Shown here: positions 43,705 to 54,337 of the stretch, piece after piece
Layout: the number at the start of each line of letters is the position of its first letter
How positions within the stretch are numbered: position 1 is the stretch's first letter
IMG/VR virus record: IMGVR_UViG_3300036398_001591
Coordinates: 1 to 64,000 of that record
DNA length: 64,000 nucleotides
Source of the DNA: a virus
Reading direction: 5' to 3' (one strand)
Made by a program: the position numbers and the translations under genes
The notes under the pieces: generated by a model
Databases searched by the model: none
What the model saw: the letters and a program-made list of their open reading frames with translations, nothing else
Told to the model about the DNA's origin: nothing

Positions 43705-44111
43705 CTTACACCCATTGCCTTTCGTTTTCTTAACGATATTTTTCTTTTTCGTAAGATTTGATTTTTCTTACTTCTAAGTTTAATTTTTGCCCTACGTGCC
43801 CCCATCTTACGATGACGCCGTTCCTGTGCAGACATTCTTACGACTTTGCCTCCACGTATTGTATATCCCGGTACAGTTGAAAATTTCTTTGCCCTCTGTA
43901 CTTTGCCAGCACGTATACGTACACGTACTAACTTTGTTCTGCCCATTTTTAAGATGTTTGCTTCATCCAAGCCTAATTTCTCGGCTTCTTCTACAACTAT
44001 TCGTTGTTTAATTATTTCTAATTTTTGTTCGAATAGTTCTTTAATTCTTTCGTCTATTAACTTTCTGGCTTCATTTAAGTTACCAGAAAGAAAACTATCA
44101 ACAAGTGACAT
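43701..44111 (-). CDS. Basic prohead core protein (gp68-like)
   Basis: Arg/Lys-rich C-terminus; position before gp21. Confidence 0.65.
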   Translation of the reverse strand: MSLVDSFLSGNLNEARKLIDERIKELFEQKLEIIKQRIVVEEAEKLGLDEANILKMGRTKLVRVRIRAGKVQRAKKFSTVPGYTIRGGKVVRMSAQERRHRKMGARRAKIKLRSKKNQILRKRKISLRKRKAMGVR

Positions 44112-44644
44112 TATGGTCTCAAACCGTAATTGCCGAAGTTGAATGCCGCAGGATCATTGAACTGACCACGCTGATAATGTGCATTGTCTTTACGTAGTTC
44201 CAAAATAATTGTATAACTATCTCCGTTACCCATGCCTCTTGTTATGATACCAATGTTACCATTTGAGCCTGCCGCACCTGCTGTTGGATTTGGAATTGTA
44301 ATCCAATTACCAGCACCATCATACTCACCATTGGCATTCAAATAGAATATAGTATTTGATGCTGTTGCAGACCAAAACAATTCTACGTCTGTATTAGCAT
44401 TACCTGGTGTATCATACCACATTCTATTTACAGCTAACCCGTAATATGGAAGTGTTGTGTTTGCAGAACCGCCTTGTGAGTTAGCTACAAGGAAACCGTT
44501 TGTTGCTAAAGCACCAGATAGTGTGTTAGCTGTAATTCTTGATGTGTTAGATTCTTGACCGCTACCATCAAATCTAGCTGTCAGTTTAATCACAGCATGT
44601 TGTGTGTCATCTTTTAGTACGTTAATTCCATATACGTTTGGCAT
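44111..44644 (-). CDS. Hypothetical virion-associated protein
   Basis: 177 aa in the head cluster, YTIILELRK. Confidence 0.6.
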   Translation of the reverse strand: MPNVYGINVLKDDTQHAVIKLTARFDGSGQESNTSRITANTLSGALATNGFLVANSQGGSANTTLPYYGLAVNRMWYDTPGNANTDVELFWSATASNTIFYLNANGEYDGAGNWITIPNPTAGAAGSNGNIGIITRGMGNGDSYTIILELRKDNAHYQRGQFNDPAAFNFGNYGLRP

Positions 44645-44646
44645 TT

Positions 44647-45354
44647 TTAATCCTTAGAAAACTTTGCGATAGTTTGAAAATGTTTTGCGGAGGCTTCCAA
44701 CATATCCAACATCTTTGCTTTATTGGCCTCATTAATTTTTTTGTGTAACTCTATCATTTGTTTTGCCATTTGAGGAGTTACCTCTGATGTAGAACCGTCT
44801 ATATGCTCTACAACAATGGATTTTTTACTTTCATTTACCTGTTTAACCTTATCAAAAACAGTTTCTTCATTAGCCGACCATTGCATATCTTCATATGGAA
44901 CAGTAACATACTTGTTAATTTTATCCACGTAATAGAGTGCAACCCGTTGACCATTTGGAAATTGGCGCACAGATTTTCTACGCATAATTAAAACGGCAGG
45001 TGGATCCAATTCACGTGATAAGGAATTTTTACCTTCCATAACTGGAGTAGAAGTTGCCACTAAAGCGGAATTGTTTTTTAACTTAGAGAGAACCGGATCG
45101 TGTGCATTTATTTCATGGCCAGCCGCATGTAATCGTTGAACATCATTAAGTTTCTCCATAATTGGAGCAAGATATTCTGGATGATGTGCATGAAACATAA
45201 TATGTGCCGCATAATCACCAAGGTCAACAGTACCACGTTTCTGAATATCTAAATGATGGTGCAATTCTGTCGGCGACAGTACACCATCTCCATTTTCATC
45301 TGGAGAACCGTCTTCTTTAATTTCTCTCTGAAGAAAATCTTTTAGACTTTTCAT
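44647..45354 (-). CDS. Hypothetical head-cluster protein with EF-hand-like loop
   Basis: DENGDGVLSPTE; DPPAVLIMRRKSVRQFP. Confidence 0.6.
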   Translation of the reverse strand: MKSLKDFLQREIKEDGSPDENGDGVLSPTELHHHLDIQKRGTVDLGDYAAHIMFHAHHPEYLAPIMEKLNDVQRLHAAGHEINAHDPVLSKLKNNSALVATSTPVMEGKNSLSRELDPPAVLIMRRKSVRQFPNGQRVALYYVDKINKYVTVPYEDMQWSANEETVFDKVKQVNESKKSIVVEHIDGSTSEVTPQMAKQMIELHKKINEANKAKMLDMLEASAKHFQTIAKFSKD

Positions 45355-45530
45355 TCTTCCGTTTCAGTTTCAGGTTGATGTTGTGCAATTAAATTTTGTG
45401 CAATAACTTGTTTTCTTTGCTCAATAGCGGCAAAGATTTTATCATTGATTTCATTGTATAGTGCATCACGCATCTGTGTTGCGTTATCTGTAAATGCATT
45501 GTCAACTACTGCTCTAAGATTATCATTCAT
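45351..45530 (-). CDS. Small prohead core protein (gp67-like)
   Basis: Small acidic ORF directly after the portal gene. Confidence 0.6.
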   Translation of the reverse strand: MNDNLRAVVDNAFTDNATQMRDALYNEINDKIFAAIEQRKQVIAQNLIAQHQPETETEE

Positions 45531-45553
45531 ATTATTCTCCATTAAACATCAAA

Positions 45554-45561
45554 TATTTATA
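45554..45561 (-). promoter_or_regulatory. T4 late promoter TATAAATA
   Basis: Exact consensus overlapping the portal stop codon. Confidence 0.7.
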
Positions 45562-47248
45562 ACACTCTCTGAAGCATACGCATCGCAGGTGTATACTCAT
45601 TATTTAAGCTAAGGTCTCCCCTAGGTGTCTGTGCGTTATCTTGTGGTGATGGATTTGGAGCAGGTACTGGTGCACCACCTCCGCCGCCACCTGCACCGCC
45701 GGCGCCATCTGGATTCATCAACTCTTGTTGGCCTTGCTGTGCAATTTGCATTGGATCCATAATTAGACCGGCTGCTTTTTCTTTATCAATTTGTTTCTGC
45801 ATCTCTTTAATATCATCGTCAGATAGACGTAGAACATTACGTTGAATCCATTCCATAGAATAGTATCGACCAACATATGGATCAACTGAACCAAGAAGTG
45901 ATAGACGTTCACGCACCAATTCTGCTTCTTTAAGTTCGGCAAAATTATTGTCTTTTATGAAATCATAATAAATATTTTCTTTGAACTCATCGAATTCTTC
46001 TGCCGTACAAATACCTTTAAGTACACACTGAACTCTTAGTGCTTGGTCGAAAATTTCGGAAAACTTTTGACGTTGACGATCTACAAATTTTGAAAATTTA
46101 ACTTCGTCACGTGATATTTCACCAACACGACCTAGTGAGAATCCAGATTGGTTTGGATCTAAACGTGAAACTGGAACGTTCAATGATTTGTATAGCTTCT
46201 TTTCGAAATACTTTACGTCTTCCAATTCACCAAGGTTTTGACCACCTGGTAATGTTGTGATTTCGGTACCTTTACCGCCTTCACGGCGAGGTAGCCAGAA
46301 ATCTTCCATCATAGAAAGATGTTTACGGTCATCACGTACTTCACCGGTCTGTGCATCATACACTAACTTGTTTTTGTACTTGACCATGATATCACGGAGA
46401 TATTGTTCTGCTTTTAATTTAGGTAAATTACCTACGTCAATGTAGAAAATTCTACGTTCAGGCGCACGTGAGATACGGTAGATAACCGTTGCATCTTCAA
46501 TCATGCGGAGTTGGTTAAGTGGTTTAATTGCCTTGTGCAAGTATGATAGAACAACTGCACGGCGAGAATCCATTAAACCAGAATTAACGTTAATGATTGC
46601 GTCTTTAGCAATACGAACACCAACTGGACCGTAACTGGAAGAAGAACCTGATGTTACTTTATCGTTATAGATGTAGTATTCGTTGACCGTTTGTACTACG
46701 TCAACTGATGTTCCCGTGTCTTTATCTTTTTTAATTTCACGCACTTTGCGAATCTTACGTGGATCAATATAACGCAGTGCTTTGATACCTTGTGTTGGGT
46801 TTTCTTCGTCTAAAATAACATGATAAAATATTCGTCCATCAACATAGAATCTACGGAAAGTATCTGTAGCCATGTTTTGGTAATTTAACAATCGTAGAAC
46901 AATACTGAATTCTTCTTCAATTGCTTTTTTAATTTTTTCAGGTTGTTTCAAATCATCCATAATAATACGAATTGATTTTCCATCATCGTTTTGAACGATT
47001 GCTTCGTTGATAATATCATCGATAGCCGATTCAATTTCTGGTTGCATTGCCATTTCACGATAGCGGGAAATCAACTCAACTTCATTTTTCGCAGTACCAT
47101 CTAAGTCAACATATGTGCCATAATAAGCGGCAGAAGAAATCGTTAAAGCACCGTCTTCATTAGAAGGCGGCGCAAAGGTTTTCTCCGACTGTTGCTCAAC
47201 ATCAGTCTTTTGCCTGGAGATTTGAAAACCGAAAAGATTTAGTGCCAT
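45557..47248 (-). CDS. 20: Portal protein (gp20)
   Basis: YRISRAPERRIFYIDVGNLP, EDFWLPRREGGKGTEI. Confidence 0.98.
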   Translation of the reverse strand: MALNLFGFQISRQKTDVEQQSEKTFAPPSNEDGALTISSAAYYGTYVDLDGTAKNEVELISRYREMAMQPEIESAIDDIINEAIVQNDDGKSIRIIMDDLKQPEKIKKAIEEEFSIVLRLLNYQNMATDTFRRFYVDGRIFYHVILDEENPTQGIKALRYIDPRKIRKVREIKKDKDTGTSVDVVQTVNEYYIYNDKVTSGSSSSYGPVGVRIAKDAIINVNSGLMDSRRAVVLSYLHKAIKPLNQLRMIEDATVIYRISRAPERRIFYIDVGNLPKLKAEQYLRDIMVKYKNKLVYDAQTGEVRDDRKHLSMMEDFWLPRREGGKGTEITTLPGGQNLGELEDVKYFEKKLYKSLNVPVSRLDPNQSGFSLGRVGEISRDEVKFSKFVDRQRQKFSEIFDQALRVQCVLKGICTAEEFDEFKENIYYDFIKDNNFAELKEAELVRERLSLLGSVDPYVGRYYSMEWIQRNVLRLSDDDIKEMQKQIDKEKAAGLIMDPMQIAQQGQQELMNPDGAGGAGGGGGGAPVPAPNPSPQDNAQTPRGDLSLNNEYTPAMRMLQRVL

Positions 47249-47307
47249 ATTAGTTTAGTTCCAATTCAAATAAACATGAGGGGGGAAATTAATCCCCCCA
47301 TATATAA

Positions 47308-47850
47308 TTAAGATGTAGTGTCTGATTCCCACCACTGATATGCTAGGGTTGCTGAAAATTCTTCGATAGTATCGTTAGAACCCCAATCCAAATCAATAGG
47401 CGATAAATCAACAGGGAAAGCACCAACAAATTTGTAAGTCTTCAAAATATTACCAGACTTATCATATTGGTCTACTTTAGCATCAACAGAATATCCAGAA
47501 GGTGAGCCTGCTGCCGCATTACGTAAATTTCCACCATGTGAATTAATACCATTCATCCACGATTCGAAAGCCTTACGGACTTTGAAGTTTTCATCATTGA
47601 TAATTGTGATTGTCCAGTCAGCAAAGTTTCGGTTTCCAACAAACTTTAACTCACGACCAAAGTAATAAAGTGGAACAGTACCAACAGTTGAACCTGGCAA
47701 TTGTGCAGTCTTGCAAAGGAATGTTAGTGCTTGTCCAGAATTTACTGGGTCGTTAGCAAAAGTTGGGAAAGTCATTGTGACTTGGAACAGATTAGGACGA
47801 GCACCATCTCCGATGAGATTTGCACGAAACTCTGTTACGTTAAAAGCCAT
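47308..47850 (-). CDS. 19: Tail tube protein (gp19)
   Basis: GARPNLF, WTITIINDE, IEEF. Confidence 0.95.
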   Translation of the reverse strand: MAFNVTEFRANLIGDGARPNLFQVTMTFPTFANDPVNSGQALTFLCKTAQLPGSTVGTVPLYYFGRELKFVGNRNFADWTITIINDENFKVRKAFESWMNGINSHGGNLRNAAAGSPSGYSVDAKVDQYDKSGNILKTYKFVGAFPVDLSPIDLDWGSNDTIEEFSATLAYQWWESDTTS

Positions 47851-47876
47851 TGTTTTCTCCTATTTCTTATTATTTA

Positions 47877-49610
47877 TTACACAGCACCAACGATTTCATT
47901 GAAACTTACACCAGTGCGTACAGCAACAAAGTTCAACTGAATGTAGTTGACAGAACGTGCTGGTTTGATGTAAATATCTCCAATAAATCTATTGGCATCG
48001 ATAACCTCAGGAGTATTATTTGTTGTATCGCAAACAACACGATAGTCATAGATACCACGGCGACCTTTAACGTCACGTAGGAATGGTTCAACCAGAGCAA
48101 TAAATTGAGCACGTGTAAATTCATCGTTCAATTCGAACAATGCATATTTGGATGCAGTTGCAATAGCTTTTTCTAGAACAATAAACAATCTGCGAACGTT
48201 AATACGGCTGAATGCCGAAGGTTGTGTTACCAAAGTCTTATCGCCATATAACATGGTTCCTTGACCAGGGAAAGATACAACTGGATTTACACCAACTGAA
48301 TAAATGGTATCACGTTGTGCTTCTGTTGGATTCCATGCCAACTTAACAACGTTCTTAATTGCACCACGATTTACACCTGCTGGAGAGAACCAAGGGTCAC
48401 GTGTTTGATCTGTACGTACACATAGACCAGCAATATCACCGTTCAATGGAATCCAACGATATACGTTGTTGTACTTGTCAAATTGATATTTCCAACCAGA
48501 ATCTGCAACGGCATATGTAGATGCACGGGATAGTGTTGAAACCCAAGAAGTAATAGCAGTATCGGGCGTTGCACCACCAACAATACCAGCTTGTGGAGGA
48601 GACAAGAATGCTACACAATCTTTACGTGCGGCAGCAATTGAATCAATTGCATATTGTTGCACTGTGGTAAAAGAAGAAGCACCTCCAGCGTCACCCGTAA
48701 CAATTAAAGAAATGTCAACAACATCCGGATTTGTAAACTCATTATAAGCTGTTGTATAGTCGGCGGCTGTTACCGCTAAGTCTGAACCATTCACCAAAGA
48801 AACGGTTGAGCCAACGTTAGCTGTTGCCATAAAACAACCACCAAATTGTGTATTAGCAGTTTGACCCCATGTACCAGATGTGTTTGCTTGGTCAACTGGA
48901 CCTAATGCATAGATATATTTTGATTGTTCACGCAAAACTGTTCTGTAGTATGAAGTTGAACCGTCATCATTCGTAGCATCAGATGCTTTTGAAAGATATG
49001 GGAAAACTTCTAAAACAGTACCTTTTGCACCTTGGCTAAACAAACCATCTTCATCTACAACAACCAAGTGAATTTGATCGTTTGTACCACCAGAAGTAGA
49101 AACATAAGTTGATGTACTTGGTGCCGCAGGAAAATATGATTTATATGTCCAAGAAGTAAATGATGAACCGCCGGCCGCGGCGTTAGAAGTGTTTGAATCC
49201 CAAACAGAAACTCTCAATGAGTTCCCTAGGGCACCAGGATAACGAGCAACAAAAGATTGTCCCAATGTATCTGAAAGGTATGCAGAATCATATACGTCAT
49301 TATTTTTAATTGTAAAAACAGTGGCGTTTGCACCAGCATTTGTTGATGAATTGTTTGCCGCACGTACAACTTGAAGATTATTTCCATAAGCTAAGAAGTT
49401 AGCCGCTGAAAAGAATGAAGTCGCAGTATTGCCGTTTGGTTGCCCAAACCTGTTAACTAAATCTGTTTCGTGTGATACGAGTGTTCTTTTTTCCACTGGT
49501 CCCCATTGAAATGGTCCAGCGAATGCACCGGCTGTAGTAGATACCGCTGGAACAACTGTTGTTAAGTCGACCTCGGATACATTTACGCCTGGAGAAATTT
49601 GAAACGCCAT
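47877..49610 (-). CDS. 18: Tail sheath protein (gp18)
   Basis: SPGV...EVDLT, WFSPAG.NRG, INVRRLF. Confidence 0.97.
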   Translation of the reverse strand: MAFQISPGVNVSEVDLTTVVPAVSTTAGAFAGPFQWGPVEKRTLVSHETDLVNRFGQPNGNTATSFFSAANFLAYGNNLQVVRAANNSSTNAGANATVFTIKNNDVYDSAYLSDTLGQSFVARYPGALGNSLRVSVWDSNTSNAAAGGSSFTSWTYKSYFPAAPSTSTYVSTSGGTNDQIHLVVVDEDGLFSQGAKGTVLEVFPYLSKASDATNDDGSTSYYRTVLREQSKYIYALGPVDQANTSGTWGQTANTQFGGCFMATANVGSTVSLVNGSDLAVTAADYTTAYNEFTNPDVVDISLIVTGDAGGASSFTTVQQYAIDSIAAARKDCVAFLSPPQAGIVGGATPDTAITSWVSTLSRASTYAVADSGWKYQFDKYNNVYRWIPLNGDIAGLCVRTDQTRDPWFSPAGVNRGAIKNVVKLAWNPTEAQRDTIYSVGVNPVVSFPGQGTMLYGDKTLVTQPSAFSRINVRRLFIVLEKAIATASKYALFELNDEFTRAQFIALVEPFLRDVKGRRGIYDYRVVCDTTNNTPEVIDANRFIGDIYIKPARSVNYIQLNFVAVRTGVSFNEIVGAV

Positions 49611-49685
49611 TTTACTCTCCTTGTTTTTATAATGTTATTTGGCAGTAATAACCTATAATATATTTATGAATTGATGGTTTTATAG

Positions 49686-51353
49686 TTAGCTCATAAAGAA
49701 GCTAGAAAGACCTTTATCTTCTTCTTTTGTCATCCAAACGTCACCACCCTCTACAATGTAATTCTTATCAGTACCATCATCAAAAATACCAAAAGATGGC
49801 ATTTCTTCGTCTGATTGATTCAACATTTCTAACTGCATTTGTTTTCTTAAATCATGATTAACAATCTCTTTGAAATACTGTTGAGTTGTCATCCATGCAA
49901 ACATAACCAGTGTCATCACAATATCGTCATTTGCACCTTCTTCTGCCTTAAAACTATTGAGAGATGACACAAAAGTTGTTAGCTGAGAGATGGTATCAAA
50001 ATCGTTAATAATTAATTTATCATTTTCTATCAAAGTCTTAAGGTTGGAACAACCAATCCTCTTGACTTGTGGTGACATTTTTAGTCCAAGCTGAATGCCA
50101 CGACCAAAACCTGTACCCATTGCTTGTGCTTTTTTGTTACCGGTTTCAATCTTCACTACGTTTTCATATTCAAGGTCCTGATGCAAAGTATCAGCAATCT
50201 GTGGTGTGTTATTTATCTCTATTAAAACGTATGCATCGTTGAACAGTTTAGCTGTATTGTAGATGACAGTTGGAAATAAAACAGGAGAAATCGATGAAGA
50301 ATTGTACTTGGCAACCTGTTTATATGGTATTGAAGACACATCAAATACTGTGAAACTGGAAGCATCCAGATTTCTACCTTCGGCTGGGTCAACCGTAATT
50401 GCATAGATGTGGTCAGCCGAACGTTCATCATCACCTTTAACTGGATATTCATAAATGTCCAGCATTTCATGTTTGGCAATTGGTTCTTTATAAACCAACT
50501 GTGCAAGTTTAGAACCAGAAATAAGCGTATTGGTAGAACCCAAGAACTCACATTCAAACTCCTGACGGAACTGTTCTTCAGAAGTGTTCTTAATTGTTTC
50601 TTCTTTCCACTTTTCATCACGACCTGGAACCATAGACCAGTGAATCTCAAAAGTCTTGTATCCGTTCTTCTTACCAATGGCATCCATCCAGAGTTTGTAG
50701 AATAGATTCATGCCGTTAGGTGTAGAAACGATAATAATTTTGGTGGTCTTACCAGATGAGATAACTGGGTAAACAGAGTTAAAGAATTCGTTGGCAATGT
50801 TGGCTGGAACGAACGCAAATTCGTCCAAGAATACTACGTTGAAAGAACCTCCACGAACAGCAGAACTTGATGTAGATGCCGCAATAATTTTAGAACCATT
50901 TTCTAGTTCAACGTTACCTTTATTCCATGTCACAACACCTTGTTGTAGCCATATAGGTAAGTTTTCATAAGCAAGTTGGTACTTAGCAAGAATATCACGT
51001 GCTAGTGACCCTTTGTTGGCTAGAACTGCTATGTTTTGTGAGTCTGAAAATAGTGTGAGCCAAAGGAGATAAGCAACTGATGTGGTAGTTTTACCGACTT
51101 GACGAGGACATTTCGTGATTGAAAACCGATTCTCATGGTATGTTTGAATCATTTCCTTTTGGAAATCCCACATACGAAACGGCATAAGACCTTCATCAAC
51201 GTTTACAATCTTAATGTATTTCATTGCAAAATACACCGGGTCTTTAGCACATATTATATACTCATCAACTTCTTCTTGTGTATAAGCGTGTTCAACCCCT
51301 GCTTTTTTCAGTAAAGGATTATCACGATAAGAATCTTTATTATTAATCGGCAT
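49686..51353 (-). CDS. 17: Terminase large subunit (gp17)
   Basis: PRQVGKTT, LDEFAF, STPNG, NDDIVM. Confidence 0.97.
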   Translation of the reverse strand: MPINNKDSYRDNPLLKKAGVEHAYTQEEVDEYIICAKDPVYFAMKYIKIVNVDEGLMPFRMWDFQKEMIQTYHENRFSITKCPRQVGKTTTSVAYLLWLTLFSDSQNIAVLANKGSLARDILAKYQLAYENLPIWLQQGVVTWNKGNVELENGSKIIAASTSSSAVRGGSFNVVFLDEFAFVPANIANEFFNSVYPVISSGKTTKIIIVSTPNGMNLFYKLWMDAIGKKNGYKTFEIHWSMVPGRDEKWKEETIKNTSEEQFRQEFECEFLGSTNTLISGSKLAQLVYKEPIAKHEMLDIYEYPVKGDDERSADHIYAITVDPAEGRNLDASSFTVFDVSSIPYKQVAKYNSSSISPVLFPTVIYNTAKLFNDAYVLIEINNTPQIADTLHQDLEYENVVKIETGNKKAQAMGTGFGRGIQLGLKMSPQVKRIGCSNLKTLIENDKLIINDFDTISQLTTFVSSLNSFKAEEGANDDIVMTLVMFAWMTTQQYFKEIVNHDLRKQMQLEMLNQSDEEMPSFGIFDDGTDKNYIVEGGDVWMTKEEDKGLSSFFMS

Positions 51354-51765
51354 TCTTTGCTTTTAATAATTTTGAAAGTTCTGAAGTTGATCCTACAAAA
51401 ATAGCCTTGTCAACATTTACACCAGAATCATTCTTCTTGATGTTCTTTAGTTCCCTAATGGTCTTTTGCATAACCATTAATTTTTCGTTTGCTTCTGCTG
51501 TATTCTTAATGAGAGTGGCAACTACTTCAAACGCACGTGGATGTTCTGTTTCAGATGCGATTGCAAGAAGGTGGTCAATTGCTTGATTGCCTTTTACTAC
51601 CAATTCTTTGAGTGTCTGCCTCGATTCTTGATAATCATCATCAAGATCACCATCCAGATTTTTGGTAACCAGCGATTCAATTTTAGCTGGCAAATGTTCC
51701 GTTTTTTCGATAACAGTTGGTGTCACATCAAATATTTCTGTCATACTCTTTTCAAATTTTGACAT
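51343..51765 (-). CDS. 16: Terminase small subunit (gp16)
   Basis: HPRAFEV, FVGSTSEL. Confidence 0.92.
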   Translation of the reverse strand: MSKFEKSMTEIFDVTPTVIEKTEHLPAKIESLVTKNLDGDLDDDYQESRQTLKELVVKGNQAIDHLLAIASETEHPRAFEVVATLIKNTAEANEKLMVMQKTIRELKNIKKNDSGVNVDKAIFVGSTSELSKLLKAKNAD

Positions 51766-51766
51766 G

Positions 51767-52387
51767 TTATGCTATGGCGGATTTGAATAACATAAACCCT
51801 AATAATGGTTGTTCCGGTGGCGAAGGATCATTTGAGTTGTTACGAACAGTAATAATTGCAGACCCATTTTGTGGTGTTGCCGTAATGTCATATAACGACA
51901 TTGTTCCGTTACTAATGTGTGCAATATAAAGCAAATCGTTCGCTGTTATATAAGAATTATTGAATATGAATGTGTCTGAATATTCGGCAGGAACAATAAC
52001 ATTAAAAAGAAGAATTCTTCCGGTTACAGCATTTAAAGTTACAGGTGTAGTTCTTGAAGTTAATTGAGTTACATAACCACCAGAACCTTGTCTATAACCA
52101 ATACCTGTATTTGCAAGTGTTACGTTAGATGTAGTAATATTGCCCGTGACAGTTAGTGACCCATCTAGAGTTCCCGTTGTATTTGCGAGTGCATTATTTG
52201 CTTTATTAAAAGCGGCATTTGAAGTATTGTATGCTGAATTTGCATGTATACTAATATAATTTCTAAGCGTATCAACTTTAACGGAGTTTGTAACCGAAGA
52301 CGCTGTGTTTGAAATTGGAATTAAAAGGTTTCCAGGCACACTGGAAATATCATTTAAATTTGTTAACTCTGAAATCTTTTTTGACAT
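51767..52387 (-). CDS. Hypothetical fibre/structural protein
   Basis: KKISEL N-terminus, ANSAYN/AFNKANNA repeats, VTQLTSRTTPVTLN. Confidence 0.6.
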   Translation of the reverse strand: MSKKISELTNLNDISSVPGNLLIPISNTASSVTNSVKVDTLRNYISIHANSAYNTSNAAFNKANNALANTTGTLDGSLTVTGNITTSNVTLANTGIGYRQGSGGYVTQLTSRTTPVTLNAVTGRILLFNVIVPAEYSDTFIFNNSYITANDLLYIAHISNGTMSLYDITATPQNGSAIITVRNNSNDPSPPEQPLLGFMLFKSAIA

Positions 52388-52391
52388 TTTT

Positions 52392-53468
52392 TTATTCCTT
52401 TAGAATGACTATATCTTGTCCGTCTTCTGTTTTTATATCTTCGCCGAGTTCCGTTGTAATTGGATCGGTCAAAATCATATTTGGATATTCGGTGGTCGAT
52501 ACTGAATATGTATAATTATTAGGCAATACAACATCAATTGGATTCGGTTCAACTTTAATGGTTACCAAATTGGTTGGTGTTACTACGAATGAAGATGGTG
52601 TCCAAGTTGCATTTGTTACCAAGCCTTTGATTGGTGTGTTTGTTACAAAGTGACCATTTAATTCTTTTAATTCCAATTTTTTGGTGTCTTGATACCAAGA
52701 AGAAACTTTTGCTGTCGCTGTCGCCATATCATAAGAATAACCCTGATAAACTGTTTCACCAGCCTGATAAATTCCTAAACCTCCTATATTCATAACCGCA
52801 GTCGTGCTGTTATTTAACATAGAAGTGTCATCATATATATTAGTTATTGCGGTTTTGATAATTTTTGGTTGTGACACTGGACCATACAAATATCCCTTAA
52901 CTGTAAAGTCTAATGTCCATATGATACTTCGAACTTTTGAATTGTAATCACCTTCGTAATCATTTTCATGTGAAACACTTTTTAAAATTATAGGCAATTG
53001 CTTAACAATACCCATTTCAGGTATTAAATTAACATTGACAGTATAATCCGGTGTAAAATAAGGAAGAATTTTCTCCATCAACTGAGCACCATCTTCGATG
53101 TTTCGCACATAAGCCACTAAAGAAAAATCAAAATCAAATGGGACAGGATTGTAAACTGCCAAACTTGTGCCGGTGTCTCCGCTGTGGGAGGTATTTTTCA
53201 TGTTCGTGTTTAGTTTACGTGCGGCATCATATGACATGTTTGTCATTTCAAACGACATGATGGGCAAAGTTATTTGAACTTTTTTGTCTAAGTCTGGATC
53301 ACCTTCCAAACGAGAAACATATTTTTCTTTTCCACCATAAACAATTGGAACCAGAAAATGTTCTTGCTCAACGCCGTTCGAATCATAACGTGCCAATTTA
53401 ATTTCGTTGAAAAGATTGCCAAATGCAATAACAACTTTTCTGATTATTCTGTGGTATGCGTAACTCAT
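52392..53468 (-). CDS. 15: Tail sheath stabiliser / completion protein (gp15)
   Basis: FGNLFNEI, LPIMSFE, EKILPYFTP, IWTLDF. Confidence 0.93.
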   Translation of the reverse strand: MSYAYHRIIRKVVIAFGNLFNEIKLARYDSNGVEQEHFLVPIVYGGKEKYVSRLEGDPDLDKKVQITLPIMSFEMTNMSYDAARKLNTNMKNTSHSGDTGTSLAVYNPVPFDFDFSLVAYVRNIEDGAQLMEKILPYFTPDYTVNVNLIPEMGIVKQLPIILKSVSHENDYEGDYNSKVRSIIWTLDFTVKGYLYGPVSQPKIIKTAITNIYDDTSMLNNSTTAVMNIGGLGIYQAGETVYQGYSYDMATATAKVSSWYQDTKKLELKELNGHFVTNTPIKGLVTNATWTPSSFVVTPTNLVTIKVEPNPIDVVLPNNYTYSVSTTEYPNMILTDPITTELGEDIKTEDGQDIVILKE

Positions 53469-54337
53469 GTTGGTGCACCAAAAGGATTAGATTCTGATAA
53501 GTCCACAACATCATCAGCTTCTGTCTGTATGGAGAAGTTATCATACATTTCACGTTCTTGTGGGTCAGTCAAGTCATTAACTGCATTTGAAATAACAAAA
53601 CGTGCATTACTTGTGTTACCGGTTAACAACTGATTGTTTGCAAATGTGCCCAAAAGGTCAGTGACTTTGAGTGTGCCTGTTGGACGGTCCCAATATACAA
53701 CTGTACCGGATACACCGGATGTGTTTGCCGTAACCACTTCACCTAATGTAAAGTTATTTGATACTGTGTTCGCTGTTACCATTAATGTAACATTGTATGC
53801 GTCTTCAAACACTGTATTATCAACATTGGGAATGCCAACATCAATTGTTTCTTGTGAGTATTTGAATTTCTCAAGTTCGAGTTTATAAAAATATGGATAC
53901 TTGTTACCTAACACATAGAATGCTTCAGAGTAATTAACATATTTGATTTCATACATCTCACCAGTTTGTGATAAGAATGGTATATAAATCAAATCACCTT
54001 CTCTGGGTCTTTGATATGTTTGAGGAACCCAACGGGCAAAAGATCGTTTTGAAACAATCACAGACATATTGTTTCTAATTTCCAAACCAAACTTGGAAAA
54101 GAATTCTCTTTCACCCTCATAACCATCCACATTTGTGATGTATAATTCTAATGGATAAGATGCATTAAACTTTTTCAGTGGATCTTCACCGTAAATTAAA
54201 TCTCTTGCTGTCTCATTAGTATTTGGAATGTAATAGCAATCCACACCATTAATCTTAATGGTTTCAATCATCAAGTCTTCGATTAACCTTTGTTCGGGCG
54301 AAGAATTGTAGTTGTTAAAATAGAGATTAGTTGCCAT
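53465..54337 (-). CDS. 14: Neck protein (gp14)
   Basis: FSKFGLEIR, RPREGDLIY, ESNPFG. Confidence 0.94.
   Translation of the reverse strand: MATNLYFNNYNSSPEQRLIEDLMIETIKINGVDCYYIPNTNETARDLIYGEDPLKKFNASYPLELYITNVDGYEGEREFFSKFGLEIRNNMSVIVSKRSFARWVPQTYQRPREGDLIYIPFLSQTGEMYEIKYVNYSEAFYVLGNKYPYFYKLELEKFKYSQETIDVGIPNVDNTVFEDAYNVTLMVTANTVSNNFTLGEVVTANTSGVSGTVVYWDRPTGTLKVTDLLGTFANNQLLTGNTSNARFVISNAVNDLTDPQEREMYDNFSIQTEADDVVDLSESNPFGAPT

Noticed and set aside
2328-51353. Introns or inteins in gp43, gp46, uvsW, gp23, gp20 or gp17
   Set aside because: All are continuous and of normal length, with no intein signatures seen
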